A stretch of 24,659 nt of DNA, from IMG/VR virus record IMGVR_UViG_3300037484_000212, positions 1 through 24,659 of that record; one strand, 5' to 3'. The DNA comes from a virus (lineage: Duplodnaviria > Caudoviricetes). The position numbers and the translations under genes are program-made. Below the pieces are notes generated by a model that worked only from the letters and a program-made list of their open reading frames with translations, was not told where the DNA came from and did no database searches. Below, piece after piece: positions 1-7,354 of this stretch (within the stretch, counting starts at the first letter, position 1; each line of letters begins with the position of its first letter).

Positions 1-2
1 AT

Positions 3-269
3 CCTTTCAAAAAGGGTCAATCAGGTAATCCTGGCGGACGCCCTACATTCGACCCTGATGTAAAACGAGCATTCATCAAGTTGGCCCCAATCGCCCTGCA
101 AAGATGCGAGGAAGTACTGACTAAAAAGAAAACCAAGGCAGGGGATATCATTAAGGCCGCGACTCTTGTTCTTGCTTACGCTTACGGAAAGCCTACCCTC
201 CCTATCGAGATAAGAGATAAAGTATACGTTGTTAGACCAGCCCAGGAGTCGACCGATGACAACGGTTGA
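3..269 (+). CDS. Terminase small subunit-like protein, 5' partial (DUF5681-type motif)
   Basis: Frame is open from base 3: PFKKGQSGNPGGRP...AYAYGKP...DDNG*. The FKKGQSGNPGGRP motif is typical of small proteins directly upstream of TerL, and it overlaps the TerL start. Confidence 0.7.
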   Translation, partial: PFKKGQSGNPGGRPTFDPDVKRAFIKLAPIALQRCEEVLTKKKTKAGDIIKAATLVLAYAYGKPTLPIEIRDKVYVVRPAQESTDDNG

Positions 270-1548
270 TTTCAGACAACTCACCAAGGCTGTCAATCCC
301 GCTTACCGGCCTTATCTCACCGATTATCGGCCTGTCCAGATATTTAAGGGCGGTTCAGGTGCCGGCAAATCGTATTTCATCGGACAAAACAGGATATACA
401 ATACCATCGGACTTAAAGGGTTCAACGGTCTTGTAGTTCGTAAGGTGGGCCGCGACAACCATGATTCCACCTTCGCCCTCTTGTGTCGGGTTATCCGCGA
501 CATGGGCCTTGAAGAGCTTTTTGACATCAACCGCTCAAAGGGGGCCGAGGAAATCTCCTGCAAGCTCAACGACAATCAGATCATTTTTCGCGGCCTTGAT
601 GATGTGGACCAGATCAAGTCAGTGACTTTCCGCACCGGCGACCTGTCATGGGTGTGGGTGGAGGAAGCTGACCAGACCGCGATAGACGATTACCGGCAAC
701 TTACGCTCAGGCTACGCGGGAAAGACCAGCCGGTTGCGGTGATTCCGACAAAGACGCCCTTCAAGAAACATATCATCCTGTCATTCAACCCTATCGATAT
801 TTCATCATGGATAAAAACCGAGTTTTTTGACCGTCCACTTTCCAAGGAAGAAGGCTTCATTCTCGAAACCACCTATCACGATAATGAGCACTTGGACAAA
901 GAGTACATCGGCAAGCTCGAAAACCTTAAGAACATCGACTATTACTATTACCAAGTCTATGTGCTCAATCAGTGGGGGGCCAGAACTACCGCCCGTGTGT
1001 TTCACAATCTTGAAATCCACGACTTCGAGGTCAAGGAGCACGACTTTACAAACATCCGGGCCGGGGCTGACTTCGGGTTCAACCATGCGAACGCCTGGGA
1101 GCTCTCGGCCATGAAAGACGGGGAGCTGTACATCTATTCGGAGGTGTACGCGAAGAACATACTCAATAAAGTTTTCGGCGAACGGATTGCCGCAAAGCAC
1201 ATCAAGACGCGGCCTATCATCTGCGATTCGGCGGACCCGGCGTACATATCAGAATTCAACGCGCTTGGGCTTGTGGCTTATGGAGCGAAGAAGGGGCCGG
1301 GATCACTCGAACGCGGTGTGAACTGGTTGAAGTCCTTGCCGAAAATCCATATTCATGCTACAAATTGTCCTAATGCGGCCCGCGAGTTCCCTCGATTCAA
1401 ATACCGGGAACTGAAGGACGGAACGGTGACTGACGAATACGTCGAGATTGATGACGATACTATCGCCGCTGTACGATACGGCAACGAAGACCTGGCCAAC
1501 ACCCCGGCGGCTGGAGCATTCTTTGTTTTGAAACGAGGCGTCCGATGA
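256..1548 (+). CDS. terL: Terminase large subunit, PBSX family
   Basis: Walker A GGSGAGKS, Walker B WVWVEEA, coupling motif LSFNP, nuclease motifs GADFG and CDSADP. AGGAG at 244-248 precedes ATG 256, which is preferred over TTG 229. Confidence 0.95.
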   Translation: MTTVDFRQLTKAVNPAYRPYLTDYRPVQIFKGGSGAGKSYFIGQNRIYNTIGLKGFNGLVVRKVGRDNHDSTFALLCRVIRDMGLEELFDINRSKGAEEISCKLNDNQIIFRGLDDVDQIKSVTFRTGDLSWVWVEEADQTAIDDYRQLTLRLRGKDQPVAVIPTKTPFKKHIILSFNPIDISSWIKTEFFDRPLSKEEGFILETTYHDNEHLDKEYIGKLENLKNIDYYYYQVYVLNQWGARTTARVFHNLEIHDFEVKEHDFTNIRAGADFGFNHANAWELSAMKDGELYIYSEVYAKNILNKVFGERIAAKHIKTRPIICDSADPAYISEFNALGLVAYGAKKGPGSLERGVNWLKSLPKIHIHATNCPNAAREFPRFKYRELKDGTVTDEYVEIDDDTIAAVRYGNEDLANTPAAGAFFVLKRGVR

Positions 1549-3944
1549 ATCAATCAGGATTCCGACAGGTAATCGATTTACAGCGCCGCCGCATTCAGTC
1601 TATGAACGGGTTTCATCCTATCGCCCGCGCGCGCATGACCAGAAATCTACAGGCACTTGAAGAAGCCGAACGAGATATACTCAATATCGCCGTTACCGGG
1701 TTCAACGTCACTACCGGTGTTGCTGACAAGAACAACTTCCGAACCTACGCCGAACAGGTGTCCGCCGCATATGAAATGTATGAAGCTCGTGGAGATTATG
1801 GCGCGGAGTTGTTCGGGTCTGTCGTTGACATGCGGGCGTCGTTCATCGGCGGAGAAGGCATATCGGTTGTCACTAAGAACAAAGCCGCCGAGAAGTGGAC
1901 GGCCGATTTTCTCGCCGATAACAAGCTAAACGGCTCACGGCTTATCGACATCATCCTTACCGGGGAACTGGAAGGGCGCAATCTACTCACGCTTGCGATT
2001 TCCGGGAAGGACACGGGCCTTGAACGCGACAAGGGCGCGAAGTATATCGCCGTCGAGGAGGTGCTTTGGTACGCGAAACGATATCAGGTCACCGAGAATG
2101 GCCAGCGATTTGAAAAGGCGACGTATAAGAGCGAGAGCAAAGATGTGACCGTCAATCCCGGCGACTCTGCATACATCGTCCTGGGGAAGCGGCTTTGGAG
2201 CGATCACAATTCCACGCCGGGCCGGTTGCACAAGGTCATAACCGACTTTCAAAACTTCTCGCGCGCGAAGTATGACCTTCGGAATAACACGCACCTTTTC
2301 GGCAAGGTCATGCCGAATTTTAAGACGAAAGACGCCGGGGACGCGGCCGCCGTGAACAAACTTCTCTCCGAAAAAGACGGCTGGAAAATCGGCGATGCGT
2401 TTGTCGGCCCGGCTGAGTTTGGGCTCAAGGAACCGACGGGAGCCGCCGGGAAGTCCGTCGAGTCGGACGCTCTCCTCGCGCTCAAGCTCATTTCCTCGGC
2501 TTCCGGTATCCCGATGCACTGGCTCGCCTGGCCCGAACTTATGAGCAACCGCGCGACAGCCGAGAATCTTATGGAAGTAGTGAACGCCGCGACCGCGCGC
2601 GAGCGGTTGGTGTGGGAGGAAGGGCTCCGGGAGCTTATCCTCAAAGCCATGATCATGGCGGCTGAAAAGACCGGCGCGGGGAATGGGATCATCGATCCCG
2701 ATATCAAGGTCATGCTCCCGTTCACGTCCGTGGCTTTGCAGAAACAGACATCCGAAATCATGGGCGCTGACCTTGACCGGAAGTTGATAAGCAAGAAAAC
2801 ATACGTCGCCGCTGTGTATCCCGGATCGATTGACTATGAGACTGAAAAAACGATCATCGACAAGGAAGACGAAGAGGCGGCGGAAAAGTCACCGATGAAA
2901 AACGGAGCGCTTGAAGAGGCGCTCAAGAACATACGCGACGGCCAAGGCGAACTCAAACAGGGCCAACAGCAGACACAGGAGCAGATCAAGGCATTCCGTA
3001 AGCGCCTGAAGGCATGGAATCCCGAACAGCCGCGAGATGAGGCGGGAAGATTTGGAGAAGGCGGGGGTGGGGGAGGAGTAAGTAATGATAACCTTAAAAA
3101 AAAAATTAATGTATCATTAGAAGATATAAATTCGCTCGACGTTAAAGATGAAGAATCGATAAATGCTTTCGTAGATAAAATAGCAGAAAGCGAAATGAGA
3201 AAAGAATATGTAAAATTAGCAAAAGAAGATAATCCAGAAAGATTTTCAAACGGGTTTAATGAGTTCTATGAAAATAATGACTTGAATGATGATTTAGATG
3301 ATGATGAATTGTTCAGAAGTACATTGCGGGAACAATTATCAGTTGTTGAAGAAGGTAGACATTGGGGAAGTGCTGATGAAGAAAACAGAGTTGCGATATC
3401 AACGGCATTGATAAATAATGGAGGCAACTACACGCCAATAAATGAATTGGGGAATCCTGATTACAATTCACAATCTGATTATTTAAATATGGAAAATGTC
3501 ATCACCGGTATACAGATGAAAAATTATGTGAATGAACGTATCGGGAATTTCCCAAGAGAAGATTTTCCGGAAGTATATCGTGGCATGATGCTTTCCGAGA
3601 ACGATATCGAAAATATAAATAGTGGTTCTATGGCGGATATAAGATTGACCGGAGCAAGTGCCTTTACATTTCATAGAGATGTGGCGGAGCACTATACCCA
3701 AAGCGAATGGACATCAGAAAAATCATCGGGGAATGTCCCCGTACTTTTAAGAGTTGGGCGAACAGAAGATTTTGATAATAGAATTGGAATGTGGCATGAT
3801 TCATATGAAGAAACCGCAAGACCATCAAATAAAATCCCGCCATATGAAATATTAAATGGTTCTGGTAGAATGCGTATAACGGGGATACAAAAAATAAGTA
3901 GTGGCGGAAAAGATTATTATGAGATAACCGGGGTAACGCAATGA
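1545..3944 (+). CDS. Portal protein (about aa 1-480) fused to an AT-rich C-terminal extension with an ADP-ribosyltransferase-like domain
   Basis: Immediately follows TerL (ATGA overlap). Portal-like segment ISSASGIPMHWL...SNRATA. After WNPEQPRDEAGRFGEGGGGGG (W491, nt 3015) composition turns abruptly AT-rich and acidic. Motifs VYRG, SAFT and YEIL follow. Confidence 0.85.
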   Translation: MNQSGFRQVIDLQRRRIQSMNGFHPIARARMTRNLQALEEAERDILNIAVTGFNVTTGVADKNNFRTYAEQVSAAYEMYEARGDYGAELFGSVVDMRASFIGGEGISVVTKNKAAEKWTADFLADNKLNGSRLIDIILTGELEGRNLLTLAISGKDTGLERDKGAKYIAVEEVLWYAKRYQVTENGQRFEKATYKSESKDVTVNPGDSAYIVLGKRLWSDHNSTPGRLHKVITDFQNFSRAKYDLRNNTHLFGKVMPNFKTKDAGDAAAVNKLLSEKDGWKIGDAFVGPAEFGLKEPTGAAGKSVESDALLALKLISSASGIPMHWLAWPELMSNRATAENLMEVVNAATARERLVWEEGLRELILKAMIMAAEKTGAGNGIIDPDIKVMLPFTSVALQKQTSEIMGADLDRKLISKKTYVAAVYPGSIDYETEKTIIDKEDEEAAEKSPMKNGALEEALKNIRDGQGELKQGQQQTQEQIKAFRKRLKAWNPEQPRDEAGRFGEGGGGGGVSNDNLKKKINVSLEDINSLDVKDEESINAFVDKIAESEMRKEYVKLAKEDNPERFSNGFNEFYENNDLNDDLDDDELFRSTLREQLSVVEEGRHWGSADEENRVAISTALINNGGNYTPINELGNPDYNSQSDYLNMENVITGIQMKNYVNERIGNFPREDFPEVYRGMMLSENDIENINSGSMADIRLTGASAFTFHRDVAEHYTQSEWTSEKSSGNVPVLLRVGRTEDFDNRIGMWHDSYEETARPSNKIPPYEILNGSGRMRITGIQKISSGGKDYYEITGVTQ

Positions 3945-4010
3945 AAAAAAAGACAGAAATAACGATAGCCTCGATTTTAGGGACAGAAATAAATTTGGAA
4001 GGAGACACGA

Positions 4011-4181
4011 ATGGAACAGGAAAACAAGCAGGGGCAGGAAGTGCCAATCTCGACCGGGGCGATGGTCCCGGCGGGAGTGGAACTGACGCCGAAGGTAATG
4101 GCGAAGGCTAAGGCCGCAACGCTGGCGAAGCTCGCCGCGAAAGAAGAGAAACCGAAAAAGCCCGACAAGCCGAAGGAGTAA
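4011..4181 (+). CDS. Small Lys/Ala-rich hypothetical protein (56 aa; not in ORF track)
   Basis: AAGGAG at 3999-4004, then ATG 4011. Translates as MEQENKQGQEVPISTGAMVPAGVELTPKVMAKAKAATLAKLAAKEEKPKKPDKPKE*. GC-rich third positions; stop is 2 nt before the protease ATG. Confidence 0.7.
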   Translation: MEQENKQGQEVPISTGAMVPAGVELTPKVMAKAKAATLAKLAAKEEKPKKPDKPKE

Positions 4182-4183
4182 CG

Positions 4184-5356
4184 ATGCTGACGCAAGCTTT
4201 TGAGCGGATACCCGTCCGACTCCAAATGCAAGCCCTCGCCGGGTTTGACGTTCTCTTAATGGTCGATCCGGCCACGCTTGCCAAGATCAAGGAACGCGAC
4301 CCGCATCCGCTTTTGCAGGCGTATTCAATCTGTCACGAGGGAACAAGCAATCCAACAGTATTGGGCGAAGGCGCGCGGTCGATATCGTGGTTTCGCCGGG
4401 CGGTGCAGTCGATCAAAAATGTCATCGTCAAGGGCGTCAAGTTTTTTCTCGACCACAACGCTGATAATTCAACCGAGGGGCGTGAAGCACTCGGCGAGGT
4501 TGTGGCGTCTGGCGAAAAAGAGATCGAGGGGACACTTCATCATGTCGTGGTCGGTTACTTTCCGAATAAAGAGAAAGTTGCCGATCTCGACATCTGTAGC
4601 CAAGAAGCTGAATGGGATTTGGCGCAGACGGCGACCGGGTGGGTGGCGGATAAAATCGCGGCGCTCACCGGAATCGCTCTTTCCTCAAGCAAACGCGACA
4701 AACCTGCTTTTCCTGGGGCGGTGCGCCTCGGGATGGTTCAGGCGTTTGAAAATAAAATTGATGGCGGCCAGGACGGCGGCCAGACTCTTGACGAGTCAAG
4801 GAGATATCCTATGGATTTAGCACAGGCAACCTTTCCAGAACTTCTGGCCGAGATGCAAAAGCGCCAGGTGAAACCGTTACAGGTATTCACCCGCGAACAG
4901 CTCGAAGCCGACCAGCTTTTCTCGCCGACATTTGAGAAGGCCAAGGCTCACGACGAACTCAAGAAGAACGTCGATGATCTTACCGCCAAACTCACGACGG
5001 CCGAGGCAGACAAGTCGAAGCTCTCCGGAGATCTCAACGCAATGAAGCGCGCGGTCGAGTTTACCAAAGCCCCGAAAAGGCTGGGTGAACTCATGAAGGC
5101 CGCGAACTACACGGAGAAACAAGCGGCGTTCATTCTTAAACGTCTCACCGATAAGGTGGAGGACGTAACGGACGCTGGTTTGCAGAAGTTCGCGCAGGAA
5201 CAGGTTGCCATATACAACGACGTTGCAGGCGTCGGCACCGATAGCGCCACGGGTGCTTCGAGTGCCGCTTCCACTAGCGCAAGCGGACAGACCTCGAACG
5301 ATCCAAACGATCTGACGAAAAAGGTCAACAACCCTCTCTTGGAAGAGGATGTCTAA
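4184..5356 (+). CDS. Prohead maturation protease fused to scaffold domain
   Basis: Position upstream of capsid genes. Candidate catalytic His (FFLDHN) and Ser (DICSQE), plus the terminal strand LTGIALSS...KPAFPGA typical of prohead serine proteases. The C-terminal half is coiled-coil/low-complexity. Confidence 0.75.
   Translation: MLTQAFERIPVRLQMQALAGFDVLLMVDPATLAKIKERDPHPLLQAYSICHEGTSNPTVLGEGARSISWFRRAVQSIKNVIVKGVKFFLDHNADNSTEGREALGEVVASGEKEIEGTLHHVVVGYFPNKEKVADLDICSQEAEWDLAQTATGWVADKIAALTGIALSSSKRDKPAFPGAVRLGMVQAFENKIDGGQDGGQTLDESRRYPMDLAQATFPELLAEMQKRQVKPLQVFTREQLEADQLFSPTFEKAKAHDELKKNVDDLTAKLTTAEADKSKLSGDLNAMKRAVEFTKAPKRLGELMKAANYTEKQAAFILKRLTDKVEDVTDAGLQKFAQEQVAIYNDVAGVGTDSATGASSAASTSASGQTSNDPNDLTKKVNNPLLEEDV
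4811..5356 (+). CDS. Nested in-frame scaffolding protein (181 aa) from internal start
   Basis: AAGGAG at 4798-4803, 7-nt spacer, in-frame ATG 4811 (M210) right after a flexible linker. Helical, charged product. Same arrangement as lambda C/Nu3 and Mu I/Z. Confidence 0.7.
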   Translation: MDLAQATFPELLAEMQKRQVKPLQVFTREQLEADQLFSPTFEKAKAHDELKKNVDDLTAKLTTAEADKSKLSGDLNAMKRAVEFTKAPKRLGELMKAANYTEKQAAFILKRLTDKVEDVTDAGLQKFAQEQVAIYNDVAGVGTDSATGASSAASTSASGQTSNDPNDLTKKVNNPLLEEDV

Positions 5357-5366
5357 GGGGGTCCTT

Positions 5367-5750
5367 ATGGGACCTTTCCATTGGGCTGATAACGTCATTT
5401 ATGACGAACTCCGGAACGTCGCGCCGGCGGGTGCTGTCGAAAAAGGCGACTGCGCCGTCAGGCAGGACTGCGCCGGTTTCTGGGTCACCGATCTTGCGGC
5501 TTTGGCGGCTGGCACTTTCATTTATAGGTGTAGGCAGGTCATCGCCAAAAAGGTGACAGGCACGGGCGAGGCGATCCTCGCGGGCGACAGGCTCTACTAT
5601 ATCGTTGCTTCGGATGCCGTGTCCCCGACTCCCTCGGGTGTGGCCGGAACCGATAGCTACTTCGTCGGGTGGGCAAAAGAAGACGCTGGCGAAGACGTTG
5701 ACGAGGTGCTGATGAACTTTGACGGCACCCGTTACGATCAACTCGTTTAA
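5367..5750 (+). CDS. Capsid decoration/cement protein (DUF2190-like)
   Basis: 127 aa, Gly/Ala-rich beta protein between scaffold and MCP, with AILAGDRLYY...VGWAKEDA pattern. AAGGGGG at 5355-5361 precedes ATG 5367. Confidence 0.7.
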   Translation: MGPFHWADNVIYDELRNVAPAGAVEKGDCAVRQDCAGFWVTDLAALAAGTFIYRCRQVIAKKVTGTGEAILAGDRLYYIVASDAVSPTPSGVAGTDSYFVGWAKEDAGEDVDEVLMNFDGTRYDQLV

Positions 5751-5765
5751 AGGAGGCGGGAGAAT

Positions 5766-6818
5766 ATGATTACGAATAAGAATTTTTTTACCGCCAACGA
5801 CGAGCTGTTCATGAACATGCTCCTCAAAGTGGCAGAAAAGACCGCGAGCCCGGCCGAATGCTCGCAGGTCAATGTGGCCCTTCAGGCTTTCATGCAGAAA
5901 CCCAACAGGGTCATGCGTGCCAGCCTACAGGCCATGAAAAAGAGCTTGCAGGCCGTCTCCGTGTCCACTGATTTCGCGGTGCTCACTACGAACGCTTTCA
6001 ACGTCACCGTCGAGGAAGACAACTTCGATATGGGATGGGAACTGTCGTTTCAGGACGTGCCGCGTGATGGGACCTCTGATTTCTGGGAGATCGGAAACAT
6101 CAAGAACGGTATCACGTTCAAAAAGGTGCTTGAGGGAGAGCGCATCGAAGTGCTCACCATGACCGGCACCAAACAGAATATCTACGTGGACTACTACGGT
6201 GGTGCGCTTGGGTTCACCGACAAGGCGATCCGGTTCCGCAAACTGGCGCAGATGTTGGACCAGGCCCGTGCTTTCCGTAATAAGTTCTACGCGAATAAGG
6301 CTGATAATCATTATCTGTTGCTCGCTACGGCGGCGGCCCTCAATGTCATCACCTGGCAGGGCGTCGGCGGTACTCAGGTACAGCGGGACGTTGCCACGAT
6401 CAACGAGGGCGCGTTCCAGATCGGCAACGTGAACAAAGACAAGGGATATGGAGACATGGCGAATGCCGGGCTCATCCTTTACGCGAACCCGTCCGACCGT
6501 GCGCGCATCGAAGCGGCTTTCGTGCTGACCTCGAACTACCTCACGGTTGCCGCCGGTGCTATCGGCGCGAACTCGCCGGGAGCCTCTGTCACCACGCAGC
6601 CGATTCAGCGGGTCTATACGTACAACGCGAACATCGTGGCCCGTCACCCGCTTTTGGTTCTCCCGGGAAGGAAGAGCCAGAAAAACGAGGCGATGGCCCC
6701 GACCACCTTTACCCAGCCGAAAGACATCTTGACGCTGAACGAAGTACAGTCGGTGTGGAGCATCTACGGTGCTGGTATGGGCGACACCGACCAGGCCTAC
6801 GAACTGGAACTTGAATAA
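5766..6818 (+). CDS. Major capsid protein (HK97 fold, Mu gpT-like) with probable cleaved leader of about 63 aa
   Basis: Strong RBS AAGGAGG. 350 aa with STDF near the N-terminus, FKKVLEGE and YYGGALGFT motifs. Followed by an intrinsic terminator. Confidence 0.85.
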   Translation: MITNKNFFTANDELFMNMLLKVAEKTASPAECSQVNVALQAFMQKPNRVMRASLQAMKKSLQAVSVSTDFAVLTTNAFNVTVEEDNFDMGWELSFQDVPRDGTSDFWEIGNIKNGITFKKVLEGERIEVLTMTGTKQNIYVDYYGGALGFTDKAIRFRKLAQMLDQARAFRNKFYANKADNHYLLLATAAALNVITWQGVGGTQVQRDVATINEGAFQIGNVNKDKGYGDMANAGLILYANPSDRARIEAAFVLTSNYLTVAAGAIGANSPGASVTTQPIQRVYTYNANIVARHPLLVLPGRKSQKNEAMAPTTFTQPKDILTLNEVQSVWSIYGAGMGDTDQAYELELE

Positions 6819-6831
6819 AAAGTGATCTCTT

Positions 6832-6859
6832 GGGCGGGGCTTCGGCTCCGCCTTTTTAT
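6832..6859 (+). terminator. Rho-independent terminator after major capsid gene
   Basis: Stem GGGCGGGGC / GCTCCGCCT closing a cTTCGg tetraloop, followed by a T-run (6853-6857). Confidence 0.85.
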
Positions 6860-6932
6860 AGCAGGCGGGTGGAGCGGTTCCACGTCAGTTATATAGCTGA
6901 ATCCGCCGGGGTTCGACTCCTCGGGTCTGCTA
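6860..6932 (+). tRNA. tRNA-like cloverleaf with non-canonical anticodon loop (pseudo-tRNA or tRNA mimic; identity undetermined)
   Basis: Acceptor AGCAGGC(6860-66)/GTCTGCT(6925-31). D arm GTGG-AGCGGTT-CCAC. Anticodon arm TCAGT-TATATA-GCTGA (6-nt loop). Variable loop ATCCG. T arm CCGGGG-TTCGACT-CCTCGG. Discriminator A6932; no encoded CCA. Confidence 0.7.
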
Positions 6933-6946
6933 AAAGGAGCGTGAAG

Positions 6947-7354
6947 ATGATCGTAATCGGAAATAATTCATGGGTCACTATCGCGGAGGCAAACGATTAC
7001 ATTTCCTGGCGATACGGCGCGGGCGCATGGGCCGGGCTCCCGGATACCGATAAAGAAGCACTACTCCGCACGGCTTACAACCTCTTGATGAGGCAGTCCG
7101 GCTATACCATCGCCGCGACATCGACCGCGCAGTCAGTAAAAAATGCGCAATGTGAGACGGCGTGGTTTTGGTACCAGCATGGCGAGGAGTGGGACAAGCG
7201 GTCGGCGCTCTATGCTGGCGGGGTGCGGTCATTCTCTGTTATGAGTTGGAGCGAAAGTCTCACGGCCCCAGACCTACCACCGTTCATCAAAAACATGATC
7301 AAGGATTTTTATACAAGCGGGAACTACAAGCCAACCGTATCAAGGAGTTATTGA
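6947..7354 (+). CDS. Head-tail connector/adaptor protein
   Basis: NSWVTIAEANDY...W...DKEALLRTA...VKNAQCETA pattern of adaptor proteins. AAGGAG at 6934-6939 precedes ATG 6947. The track start at 6830 runs through the terminator and tRNA-like element and is rejected. Confidence 0.8.
   Translation: MIVIGNNSWVTIAEANDYISWRYGAGAWAGLPDTDKEALLRTAYNLLMRQSGYTIAATSTAQSVKNAQCETAWFWYQHGEEWDKRSALYAGGVRSFSVMSWSESLTAPDLPPFIKNMIKDFYTSGNYKPTVSRSY

Noticed and set aside
1441-1482. TerL C-terminal nuclease motif reads DDDTIAAVRY rather than DHxxDAxRY
   Set aside because: Acidic residues are still present, and DDxxAAxRY-type variants are familiar in PBSX-family terminases. This is no evidence of inactivation.
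6885-6900. Assigning an amino acid (Ile-TAT, Tyr-ATA) or quadruplet decoding to the tRNA-like element
   Set aside because: No register gives a 5-bp stem with a 7-nt loop, so the identity cannot be supported.
6830-7353. Upstream-extended starts in the track (6830, 7162; likewise 229, 5349, 11975, 13820, 23740)
   Set aside because: Downstream starts have proper RBSs and stop/start overlaps, while the extensions run through RNA structures or other genes.
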